From a virus (Duplodnaviria > Caudoviricetes): a stretch of 64,000 bases of DNA. Positions 50,176 to 61,000 of this stretch are shown one piece after another. The notes under the pieces were generated by a model. That model was not told where the DNA came from. It made no database searches and was given only the letters and a program-made list of their open reading frames with translations. Position 1 is the first letter of the stretch; each line of letters opens with the position of its first letter. The position numbers and the translations under genes were made by a program. The DNA lies in IMG/VR virus record IMGVR_UViG_3300035517_000038, positions 40,924 through 104,923 of that record; one strand, written 5' to 3'.

Positions 50176-50527
50176 ATAAATAGATTAAGACTGCTACTAT
50201 ACTAATGGATAATTCTCCAATAAATAGGGTTCGACACTCTAAACCATTACAACAAATATATGATGCAATACAATCATACAAATAAATACTGATTATATAA
50301 TAAAGAGGTATTCGATGAATCCAACAGTATTTAAATATATATGACATATAAAGAAGAATTGTGGCAGAGAATATTGATGGTGATATAGCTTTATAAAAAA
50401 TACCAGATGCAACACCTTTATATACTGCCACAATTCTTATAAAAACAAGGAAGGCAAGGAAAAGTGGTTTATATTTTACAAAAAGTAAAAATAATTTATA
50501 CTCCTTCTTGTTAATCCTAGCACTCAT
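50138..50527 (-). CDS. multi-pass membrane protein
   Basis: 129 aa with about four hydrophobic segments; FKYCWIHRIPLYY; overlaps HTH gene by 38 nt. Confidence 0.72.
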   Translation of the reverse strand: MSARINKKEYKLFLLFVKYKPLFLAFLVFIRIVAVYKGVASGIFYKAISPSIFSATILLYMSYIFKYCWIHRIPLYYIISIYLYDCIASYICCNGLECRTLFIGELSISIVAVLIYLCGNDKDNKKFIV

Positions 50528-50551
50528 GGCTTCTTCTACTTACAAAAACAA

Positions 50552-51025
50552 CTACTCTTTCTTAGTTCTTTTAGCTCTACCTACAGTCATCAGTTTATCA
50601 ATCTCTTTTCTAAGAGTTTGATTCTCTAATCTTAAAGATTGATTCTCGGCTTTAGTTTTATCAGCTTCTTCCTTTACTGCTTTAATTAAATCAATCTCAT
50701 GCTGCAGACGTTTTTTCTCTGCCTTAAGAGTTTCCACATCTTTCTTCAGGCTAGCATTTTCAGCTTTGTTATTAGCAATAGCAATTCTCATTTGGCTATT
50801 CTCTGCTTCTAACTTCTTTTGATTTTCTACAAGCCCTTCAATTTGGTCAAGATAATCATTAAGGCGAGCCTTTTTATCATCATCCATATCCTTATAGAAA
50901 TCTAAGCTGTTCTGCATATTCTGAATATTGCTGCTCTCAACCTCACTTGTATATTTACGCTTGGTAATAAGATGAGTTAAAAAAGCAACCACAACACCAA
51001 CAACTCCCGTAATAACTGTTTCCAT
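50552..51025 (-). CDS. membrane-anchored coiled-coil lysis-cassette protein (holin- or i-spanin-like)
   Basis: N-terminal TM (VITGVVGVVVAFLTHLI) then long coiled coil; adjacent to endolysin and lipoprotein. Confidence 0.6.
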   Translation of the reverse strand: METVITGVVGVVVAFLTHLITKRKYTSEVESSNIQNMQNSLDFYKDMDDDKKARLNDYLDQIEGLVENQKKLEAENSQMRIAIANNKAENASLKKDVETLKAEKKRLQHEIDLIKAVKEEADKTKAENQSLRLENQTLRKEIDKLMTVGRAKRTKKE

Positions 51026-51027
51026 AA

Positions 51028-51441
51028 TTACTTTTTGATTAATGTGTATAACTTAATAGATACTAGGATAGTGGCAGCAATACCTAAATACATAAACATT
51101 GTTTGCCACCAATATAACTTATTCACTTCTTTAGTTTCTGTAATAGTAGTTGTAATAGGAACAGGCACCTGTATAGAGTCTGTTTTCCTAATAGTATCAT
51201 AGACAGTCTTTAGTTTATATTTCTCAATATATTTAGTCTTAAATACAGTATCATTTCTACTCTCAATATAGATAGAATCCCTAAGGTATATGCTATCATA
51301 TGCTACTGTATTTATATATTCCGTTCTTATTGTCTCTACCTCTACTGGAGTTTCAATAATCCTCGTACTCCCACAAGAGGTAAAGAGGATAGCTATAAGG
51401 ACTAAGATAGTCCCTATAGCCATAAGCCTCAATGATTTCAT
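51028..51441 (-). CDS. lipoprotein, spanin-like
   Basis: Signal peptide with lipobox LFTS-C; DSI/DTV repeats; C-terminal TM (unimolecular-spanin-like topology). Confidence 0.72.
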   Translation of the reverse strand: MKSLRLMAIGTILVLIAILFTSCGSTRIIETPVEVETIRTEYINTVAYDSIYLRDSIYIESRNDTVFKTKYIEKYKLKTVYDTIRKTDSIQVPVPITTTITETKEVNKLYWWQTMFMYLGIAATILVSIKLYTLIKK

Positions 51442-51890
51442 TGAATTGTGATAGTTAAATTATTCTTATCCTTTGCAAGTTTCTCATAAAGCTTCTTAAA
51501 GGTAGCAGTGCTATTATTAACTTGCCCTTTAGTCTTATTCTCACCTACAAGGATACAGCCTAAAGTATCTGCTGGTTTATTACCTACGTGAATTAATACA
51601 CCATCATAAGCTGGTACATCAATTAATCTAGGTAGCTTACCTCCGCAAAATGTAGCCCAAGACTTACTAGCAAACTTAGGGCTTACAACATCCATAGTAA
51701 TCTTGTAAGTTCCAGTAGGGATAGCAGTTTCGCCATATACCTTCTTAGACTTAAGAGTAGCTAAAGGGTCACTCTGCTTAAGACCTCTATCAGTATCTTC
51801 AAGAGTATCGCAGAAATAAGCACCATCTATATAGAGCTTACCTATAGTATAAGAAGCTTTTTTATACTTACGTTCAAGCGTTATCTTCAT
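51438..51890 (-). CDS. putative endolysin (DUF5675-like)
   Basis: YTIGKLYIDG.YFCDTLED, TAIPTGTY, GVLIHVGN...DTLGCILVG. Confidence 0.8.
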   Translation of the reverse strand: MKITLERKYKKASYTIGKLYIDGAYFCDTLEDTDRGLKQSDPLATLKSKKVYGETAIPTGTYKITMDVVSPKFASKSWATFCGGKLPRLIDVPAYDGVLIHVGNKPADTLGCILVGENKTKGQVNNSTATFKKLYEKLAKDKNNLTITIQ

Positions 51891-52137
51891 CTTCTACAAT
51901 AAAGTCACCGTTCATCATTTTCTCATATTCTTCCTGCCTAGCTTTCTCCCTAGCACTCTGCTGAGCTTGTTTCTCAGCTTGATACTCTGAATACTCCTCT
52001 GAGGTAATGAGTTTCCAATTATCCTCAGAATCATTAGCAGCAAGATGAACGGTCTTAGCTAACACTCTAAATCGAATTTCTACATCTTCTACCTGAGTAT
52101 AATATTGATTCTCAGGTGCTTCTAAAGTTATAATCAT
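51874..52137 (-). CDS. hypothetical protein (possible fibre chaperone)
   Basis: 87 aa directly after fibre-like genes. Confidence 0.65.
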   Translation of the reverse strand: MIITLEAPENQYYTQVEDVEIRFRVLAKTVHLAANDSEDNWKLITSEEYSEYQAEKQAQQSAREKARQEEYEKMMNGDFIVEDEDNA

Positions 52138-52154
52138 AATATTTTAAGTTTTAA

Positions 52155-53384
52155 TTATTCGGATACTGTAATTGTGTAACCTTTAGCAGAGGCTTCTTGG
52201 GCAAAAGAAGAATATCTAGCTGCTACTGCATTATAGGTATTTGTGGATAAAACAACTGTACAAGCACTATAACCAGCAGCCGCTCTATCATATGAATAAG
52301 TTACTATACTATCATAAACAGATTGTGCTGAAGTACCAGTACCTGTACCCCAAGCAGTTAATGGAGAAAAATCCAAACTTGTACAACTTGAAGAAGTTCC
52401 TAATTCTTTAAATGTGCAAGTGTTTAAAGTGGTACTCTGGAAATAAGATGCAGATATAACAGATGGTATTGTAATACTCCCCATAGATGTAACTCTATGT
52501 CTATTAGTTAGTGCGTATTCTAGATACTTAACTGAAGATATGTCAATATCTTTTACAGTATAAGCAGATAATGGAATTACATCCATAATATCAGTAGCTG
52601 CAGGAAATGATAAATTGGGTAACTCTCTGATATTAGTATCTTCAAATAAGCCTGAGACTGAAGTAGCATTAGGCGCATTTATACTAGAAAATTTTGTAAG
52701 GCTATAACACCTACTAAACATATAACTAATATCAGTAGCTTTTGGTAAACTTATGCTCCCTATAGTATTTAAATTTACACAATCCATAAACATACCAGGA
52801 GCTTTTATACAATTTTCTAAAGTTACATTACCAACAGTAGTCAGGTATTTACAATTACTAAAAGTATAAGAAGCATCTGTAACTAGAGGCATATTAACAA
52901 AATTAGGAACAGATTTAATGTTAGAATATGCAAAAGAATACTGAATACCCAAAGTATTAATAGGTAAAATCCATTCAGGAAACTCTTCTAAAGAGGTTTT
53001 ATAAAAAGCATAATCAAATCCCTGGGTAATCTTTATATTATAATTAGGTATGTACTTAAGATTAGTACAGTTCATAAAATTAATACCAAGACCCTTACTA
53101 ATATCCTGCATAGGAGCATATACCATAGTTGAATTATTTGTTATTTTATAAGTACCATCTGTAGTAGTTAATTTTAAACCCGCGCTAGCTGCTATATCTG
53201 CCTTTAATTTATCATACAAAGTGCTATCATACCCAAGTACCTCATAAGGGTCTGTATCTATAACAGCTTCATCTACCTTAGTAGGATACTCTGAAAATTT
53301 ATCCCCTACTTCAATACCTTTATTATTAAGAGCTGTTTTAAGCTCTTCCTTTATACTTAATATTTGTTCAGCTTTTTCTTTCAT
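52155..53384 (-). CDS. BspA/DUF285-like repeat surface/fibre protein A
   Basis: ~24-aa repeats (xxMFxxCxxLxx..xLPxATD); N- and C-termini shared with neighbour. Confidence 0.7.
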   Translation of the reverse strand: MKEKAEQILSIKEELKTALNNKGIEVGDKFSEYPTKVDEAVIDTDPYEVLGYDSTLYDKLKADIAASAGLKLTTTDGTYKITNNSTMVYAPMQDISKGLGINFMNCTNLKYIPNYNIKITQGFDYAFYKTSLEEFPEWILPINTLGIQYSFAYSNIKSVPNFVNMPLVTDASYTFSNCKYLTTVGNVTLENCIKAPGMFMDCVNLNTIGSISLPKATDISYMFSRCYSLTKFSSINAPNATSVSGLFEDTNIRELPNLSFPAATDIMDVIPLSAYTVKDIDISSVKYLEYALTNRHRVTSMGSITIPSVISASYFQSTTLNTCTFKELGTSSSCTSLDFSPLTAWGTGTGTSAQSVYDSIVTYSYDRAAAGYSACTVVLSTNTYNAVAARYSSFAQEASAKGYTITVSE

Positions 53385-53385
53385 A

Positions 53386-54687
53386 TTATCCTAAGACTTG
53401 AGTAAGTATTTTATCAGTTTCATCAATCTCAGTAGCTAAAGTAGCTCTATCTTCAACAAGAACAACTGAGTAGCCTTTATTATTCATAGTGGTTATATGG
53501 TCAGCAGTAAGACAGTTATAAGCATAAGGTGCTAATAATACTGTGCAAGTATCATAACCAGCAGCTGCTCTATCAAAGCTACCATTAACCAAAGTCTCAA
53601 TTACAGACTCTGATGGAGTGTATTTACAATAATCTTTATGGTCTCTTAAATAATAGTATTCTTCATCATTGCCCCAAGCAAGTAATTCATTCATATAAGC
53701 AACCGTGCATTTTGAATTAGTGCCAAACCCTCTAAAATAACAAGAGCTTAAAGTGTTATTACCGTGGTTATATCCTGCATAAGTCCATCCTTCATAAAAA
53801 CCAGCCATACCTGAAATATCAAAGAAATCAGTTACTGCTTCAAGATTACCACCTTCGTGAATTACTTGATAGGCGTCTGAGCATTTGGGAATATTAATAG
53901 ATTTAAGTCTATTTACTCTACTAACATCATATAATTGATAGCATTGTGTACATAGAGGTAAATCTATTTCTCCATCAGTTTGAGAATAACTTAAATAGCC
54001 AGCCATTGTAACATTAGGAAAATGCTCACTATCAATAGGTGGATATTCATTTAAAGAACTACAATTATTAAACAAACCAATTAGAGTACGACATTTAGGA
54101 GCATATATCTCACCTACTTTAGTAAGCAAGTGGCAACCTCTGAATACAAATTGTAATTGCCGAGCAGCAGGAAAAGTAGTAGCAGGAAATTCCTTTAAAT
54201 GAGAATATTGAAAGGCTTGATTCATCAAAGTACAAGCACTATAGTCAATATCCTTAGGCGGTGTTTCTATTGCTGTACTATCAAATAGGCTAATCATATA
54301 AGTAGGGGCAAAGCCCTTAGGCCATTGGACATACTTAAGTTTAGGAAAACCATTCATATACCCAAATGTAATAGCAGTACAACCTTCAGGTACTGTAATC
54401 TCAGGAAAATATACTACATCATCATCTCCATCAAAATGAGCAATTACGTGGGTACCATCAGTAACAAAAGTTCTTTTTGTATAAGTAAGCTCCTTATTAC
54501 TATTCTTAATATCCTGTTTAAGTTCTTCCCACAGAGTACTATCATAACCTAAATCTTCCCAAGGATTAAAGTTATCAACAGCAGTAGGGTAATCCTCAAA
54601 TTTATCTCCTACCTTTATCCCCTGGTTATTCAGAGATTCCTTGAGGTTATTCTTGATTTCTATAATCTTATCTACTTTTTTTATCAT
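53386..54687 (-). CDS. BspA/DUF285-like repeat surface/fibre protein B
   Basis: Same architecture; GDKFEDYP, LGYDSTL, FDRAAAGY. Confidence 0.7.
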   Translation of the reverse strand: MIKKVDKIIEIKNNLKESLNNQGIKVGDKFEDYPTAVDNFNPWEDLGYDSTLWEELKQDIKNSNKELTYTKRTFVTDGTHVIAHFDGDDDVVYFPEITVPEGCTAITFGYMNGFPKLKYVQWPKGFAPTYMISLFDSTAIETPPKDIDYSACTLMNQAFQYSHLKEFPATTFPAARQLQFVFRGCHLLTKVGEIYAPKCRTLIGLFNNCSSLNEYPPIDSEHFPNVTMAGYLSYSQTDGEIDLPLCTQCYQLYDVSRVNRLKSINIPKCSDAYQVIHEGGNLEAVTDFFDISGMAGFYEGWTYAGYNHGNNTLSSCYFRGFGTNSKCTVAYMNELLAWGNDEEYYYLRDHKDYCKYTPSESVIETLVNGSFDRAAAGYDTCTVLLAPYAYNCLTADHITTMNNKGYSVVLVEDRATLATEIDETDKILTQVLG

Positions 54688-54896
54688 ACTCCAAGAATAA
54701 TATCAAGTTTACTATCTACAGTTTCTAAAGTTGATACTCTCTTTTCTAAATCAGAAATATCCAAATCTTCAGAACTTCCTTGTCCTGTAATAGCCCTCCA
54801 GCCATTACTCCAGTATTTTAAAACCCCATTACTCAACCATAAAACATGAGTGTTATTAGGTTCATGCCTTGAGTTTTCAATATAGTCAATTCTCAT
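54684..54896 (-). CDS. small hypothetical structural protein (70 aa)
   Basis: MRIDYIENSRHEPNNTHVLW...; start set at ATG 54896 downstream of hairpin/promoter; ATGA overlap with next gene. Confidence 0.7.
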   Translation of the reverse strand: MRIDYIENSRHEPNNTHVLWLSNGVLKYWSNGWRAITGQGSSEDLDISDLEKRVSTLETVDSKLDIILGV

Positions 54897-54908
54897 AATA
54901 TATAAAAT

Positions 54909-54982
54909 AAAAAAAAATAACTTTGCCTTTGGGTAGGTCATACCTAGAGGCAAAGTTACTTAAAATTACTCTATTACACAAG
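54909..54982 (-). promoter_or_regulatory. terminator hairpin with embedded promoter
   Basis: Minus CTTG (54982-54979), N20, TAACTTTG (54958-54951); the -7 element starts an 18-bp imperfect inverted repeat (54918-54958) followed by a T-run. Confidence 0.75.
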
Positions 54983-55026
54983 TATTACAACAATTCTATA
55001 ATCTATGTATAAGTATTTTACTTATA

Positions 55027-58000
55027 CTAAAATTCAGGATATGTTCTATCACTATAGTAATAATTGTAAGCTGATTCAAGAGTTCTAAGAGTGGGATTAG
55101 AGAATGTCACATAGTCCTTACTATAACAGTTGAAAACAAATGTATCATTTCCTGAACCAATCTTATTTTTATCAAATACAGCATCAAAGGTTATGTATTG
55201 CTGACTATTACCACTGGAGCCTGAAGGGTCAGAAGTATCATGTTGAGCAAAACAAGCTTTTAACTTGTTAGTGCTTATACCTTTAAATATCTGACCTATA
55301 TATGCAGAATTACTAGCAGTTGTATTATAGAACAGTCTATAGAACATATAATCAACATTAAGAGTCTTTTTATAGTTAGCTCCTGCAGAGAATACATCTA
55401 AGTTAATATTATAAGGTACCACATTATTAGAGAACGCATAACTCATATCCGTAAGATTAGATGTATATTTAAAGAAACTCTTAGGAATCAGATAGGTATA
55501 GCTCTCGTAGGTATAGCAGTCTATTAATAAGCAACCATAGAACATATACTGCATACTTGTAATATTAGGTACAGGTTTAAACATATATGGGCATATTCTA
55601 CCTTTGATACCACTATATTTCCAAACTTCAGAAATCTGAGTTTGAGAAGTTAAAGCTTTGTATGTATCTCTAAATAAACTATCCACATTAGTTAAACTGC
55701 TTGAACAATACCTAAGTAAATCAGGTGGAGCGCAATACCTAAGACCGCCATTATTCAAAGTTAAACCTCTGAATGTTTTAGTGGTTATAGTATTAGCGTC
55801 AAAATCATCATCATATGTTTCATAGTTCTCAGGATGTTTATCATAATCAGCTATATGATTCATTCCATCAAACTCCCAAGCATAAGTATATTCCGCATTA
55901 TTAGTATCTGCTTTTAGCCATACCCCATTCTTCAGGTAATATTTGAAAGGCATATAGTTAGGATTATTCTCAATCTCAGGACTAGGATTCTCATAAGAGT
56001 CAGCAGAGAAACCTCTGAAACATCCTTCTATATTAGTAATGTTAGCTCTATACTGAGGTACTGTGAAAGTTATAGTCTCTGTCATTTCCTCTGGTATAGT
56101 AGGATAGATTAAACTACCGTCTTCAGCAACAGTGTATTTAGTTGGGTCTATAGCAGAATCAGGGTCAAGGAAAGTGTAAGTATAAGTCTTATCTGCTAAC
56201 TTGCCTTGATAGAAGAACTTATTAGGGATACATCCTGTATTCATACAATCAGCTGAGCTGTCCCTATAAAATAAAGCACTTACATTTGTAAGGTTTGTGC
56301 AATTTTTAAAACCCTCAGAAGTTAATACAAAGCTGTTATTAAAAGAAGCAAAGCATCCTGCTATATTAGACATCTTAGTGGTTTCTAAGAACAGGCTTCC
56401 TGGTAATTCAACCACTCCTAAATTCTCATTCTTTTGAGTATTATAGAATAAGTAAGTAGCACTGGTAATAGTATTCTTACAGGGACTAAATATGCTATAA
56501 GGAAATTCAGAACCGCTAATAACCCTCTTTATACCGCTTGAGTAGACATTATGCAGGTACGTGTAAGTACTATCATAATTCCAAGTAGCTAATTTGACCA
56601 TACCTTTGAAAGTATCATTACTCAAATAGAAGTAGCAGTCATAGGTATTTGAAGAAGATACATTGAAAGAGCCACTTATAGTAGTAATAAGCCCAGGAGC
56701 TTTCAACATAGTTGGGAAATCTATTGTACCTTCACCATATGTAAATGAGAAGCTGCCTGTAATATTAGTAAGCTTAGAAGGTAAGAAAGTGCCTGATTTA
56801 TCAAAGTTAATATAACCACAACTTCTAAATGAGCCTGTAATACTTGTAACATTAGGAGTATAATCAAAGAAACCATTAAAGTTACCAATATTAGGATGGC
56901 TGGATACTAAGGATGTTATACTCTTAAGAGCATCTAAAGTGGAGAAATCATTAAGATTACTTACAACTAATGCAGGATTGAAATTACTAACACTGGTTAA
57001 AGCATAACTAACACCGCCTGGTTTTCTCTTGAAGAAGCCCCTATCTATGTAATAAGTACCTGTAAATGCATAATTAATATCAGTACATTTAACCAAAGGA
57101 CTGAATAAACCATTATCCTCGGTAACTACTACATCATCTCCTGATTCTTCAAAAGTAGGCGAGTACAGCAACATCGCTGATAAAGAGCCGTAGAATGTAG
57201 CATTTAATGAGGTAACTCCTGTGCAATTAATAAATGTATTTCTATGAAGGAAACCGTGGGTTGTACCACTTATAGTATTTTTCAATGTGTAGAAAGCACT
57301 AGCAAGATTAGTTACCTTATCCGTACATTGATAAAGAATATAGTAAACATCCCACAGGGTACAAGAAGTGCTCTTAAACATACTAGCTAATGAGGTAGTA
57401 CCCACAGAGAAGTTCGAGTATCCTGCAGAACCTTGATACTGCTGGACCATTTTACTATTGGAAGTTACACCAGATATTTCTGTGGGGTGCAATACTTTCT
57501 TATTCTTTGTATCATAAACAGACTTACCTTTAAATTGTACAGATTCTACATCAGTACCAAATAAAGAGAATTTAGTACAACCGCTAAACATTCCTGAAGC
57601 TCCTAAGGAAACATTACCAAAAATCCTGGTAAGATTAGGACAACTACTAAAAGAACTATTTAAGGCAAAAGGTATAGATTGATTACTAAACTGTAAATAC
57701 TCTAAAGCACTGTTGGCATTAAGATTAAGATTTACAATAGCTTCAAACTTAGATAAATCCATAGTATTGGTACTGGTATTATCAGTATCATAATATATAG
57801 TCTTAAGTGCAGTGCCATACAGATTAAGAGTATTCATCGTACTCCTCGGCTTATTAATAGTCAGAGTGTCTAACTTAGGATTGTTACTAAGATTTAACTC
57901 TGTTAGAGAAGTACCATTAACGAGAACAGATGCAAGCTTCGAGCATCCTGTAATCTTCACACTCTTTAAAGAGCTTGAGTTAATAACTACAGAAGTAATA

Positions 58001-61000
58001 CTTGAGTTATTCTCACAGACAAATGTTTCAAAAGTATCCGAGTTTATAGAAACACTTGTTAAAGCACTTTGTGTTTTATCTAATGTAAGGCTCTTAAATT
58101 TCTCACAGTTAGTAATAGTAACAGTTGTTAACTTACTACAATTAGTTAAATCTAATGTTTCTATAAGATTTTGAGATTCAAGATTTAACTTAGTAAGCTG
58201 ACTACCTGTAACATCAATATAAGATAATGGAATACAAGGATTGGTAGGAAGCTCAATCTGTGTAACACAGCTGTTTTTAATATTAAGCTCTTGTAGTTTT
58301 TGAAAGCCCGATTGTAAATTCAGGATATAATTAAAACCAGATGTGCTAGTTTTAGCAGTATTAGTAGCATCAATTATTCTAAGCTCTGAAGAACCATTCT
58401 GCTTAAATGAGTCCATACCATCTGCATTAAGAGATTCTAACTTAGAACAGTTACTAACATTATACTCAGTTAGGTTAGGTATAGAACCTTGCAGTTTCTG
58501 ATAATAAATATCAGATAAGGAATATTCATCATTACCTAACTTTTGTAAAGTTGCAGGATATGATATAGTATGAGATACCTGTTGAGAGGTTGTTGACTCA
58601 GCTCCCCAATAAACATCTGTTTCTACATTCTTATTTACAAACACAAACTCATTATTAGAACCTTGAGAGTCCACACTCAATATCATACTATTATTAGTAG
58701 TGATATTAAATGTAGGAGCAGAACCTGCTGTAATATTAACAGAGCCAGGAACAATAGTCTGCTGCACACTAGTAGTGCCCATAGCTGTAAACATAGAATC
58801 AAGGAACTTAACTCTATCTGTCATCCAACTTCTAACCTGTGATATTCTTCTACCGTGCAACTTTGAGTATTGGTTTACATCTACACCATTCTGAGTGTAC
58901 TTATTAAGATACTTGGTAAAATAAGTAAGGTTGAATAATAATTCTCCACAGCCTTCAGTCTGAGGTATGAAATACTCATCCATAAACTTAGTAACCAAAT
59001 CAGTAAGAGCAGCAGCACCTAATTTACTTATAAGTGAATACCACTGTGAAGTAAATATACTACCTTCTCTACCAGAGTCTCCGTATAAAGTATAGTTAAG
59101 AGCATCTGAATCTAAATACCAAAGCTTACAAGAATTACCAATAATATTAGTAACTACATTATCATCAGATGATTCACTAGTTTCCACAAGTTGATTATCC
59201 ACATTCTTGAATGGGCATAACCACAAATATGAAGCTACTTTAACATCTGCTTCATTAGTAGCCCCTGCACCTGAGTCAGTATCATAGATACCTAAAATAG
59301 CTTTCTCCCAATTACCATTGGAATCTTGGTAGAATTTAAGGGGCATATTCTTTTGGAAATTATCCAAAAGACCGAAGAACATACATATTACAAAATACTT
59401 GGTAATACTTTCAATATTAAGATTTTTTACATATTCCTCGAGTTCATCACCAGTATTAGCAATATGGTTGGATTCTCCAGTAACAGAAGACCAGCTTGTA
59501 GTAGAACCTATCTCTTTAAATAAATACTTAGGATAGTCTATATTAAAATAAGAATTTCTTTGAAGTACACTAGAAGTTCTCTTAGAATAACGTCTATTAG
59601 TTACTGGGAGTTTTTGCACAGAATTTACAAATTCAGCAAAAGGCTCAAAATCATATAAGCTAGATACTGCATTTTGACCTAGATTAGTATATTTAATTTC
59701 AGCTACTTTATCATAGTAAGTACCATGATTAGCAGACCCTAAACCATCATTTTGCCAAAAGGCACCAGTAAACTTAGTATTAGAAAATTCTGTAGAATCA
59801 TTAATCTCTTGGAAATTATCATCAACACCAAAAGAGTTATTTTCCGTCATCTCCACCCAGTAACCCTTAATAGTCTGAGTTTCTATTTGTACATTATTAT
59901 TATAATAAGGATAGGTAATACCTTCTGTCATACCTGTAACCTTATTGATAATTTCATAACCTAAGTTTCTAGGAGAATTACGACCTAAAATAAACTGATA
60001 AATACCAAGAGTAGCTGTAGTGTTACCAGCAAACTGCATTATAACAAATACAGGGAAGCCTTCGATACCATGCTTTAAATTAGCGTGTGGGAAGTATTTC
60101 TGTATAGCTGAGGATTTATCCTGTTTCTTCTCTTTAAAGGCTGTAGCAACAGTTTCTGAATAAGGATACCAAGCATCTGTCGAAGCCAGTGTACCATCCT
60201 CATTATATTTAAAACCTAATTCCTCATTAACAAATTTACCAATAGAAGCATTAAGAGAATGTGAAGAATCTACAATATCAGCCTTCAAGGTGTAAGTAGT
60301 TTCAGGGAACCAATTCTTCTTAGGTATAAATACAGTACCATCAGCAAATGTTATATTTAAGTTTTTAATAAAGTCTGCAAGAGTAGAAGTACCTTGAACA
60401 CTTACATCTACATAACCTGAAATAACTTCATTATTACTTTGAGTTTGGTCTAAATATTGAAAACTACAGCCAGTTACAGTATTTAAACCCGAATTAGGAG
60501 TAATAAAGTTTTGCCAAGTCCAAGCATCTGCTGAAGATACATCTATAAGCATTATTGGAATTGGTATATCATAGTTACTAAGAGTGTCCTTCAGCTTAAC
60601 AGGTTCTCCACCTACAAGATTACCTACATTAAAACAGCTTGAAAAATTGTCCTTATTATTATTAAAGTCTGCAGTGCTGCTCCATAAGAGTGATGTATGA
60701 GTACCATCTTCAGCAGTAGATATAAAGTTTCTCTTAAGACCTTCTTGTATATAAGAAGAATCTAACAACCCTGAAGTTGTGAGGTTAACATATGCTTGTG
60801 TATTTAAGTAGTCATATAGAATTTCATAAGGAGTTAAGCAGGACTTATATAAAGTAACTCTGTAAATATCGGTATCACAATAATGTATAGTGGTACCATC
60901 TTTTTCAGAGCAACCTAAATATATTGTTGTTGCCTGTTTGGGAAGTATAACACTAGGTTCTATTTTAAAAGCCGCTTCTAATACACCATCAACATAAACA

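Noticed and set aside
52155-54687. Diversity-generating retroelement TR/VR pair
   Set aside because: Similar ends differ at all base types, both copies are coding, and no reverse transcriptase is in the window.
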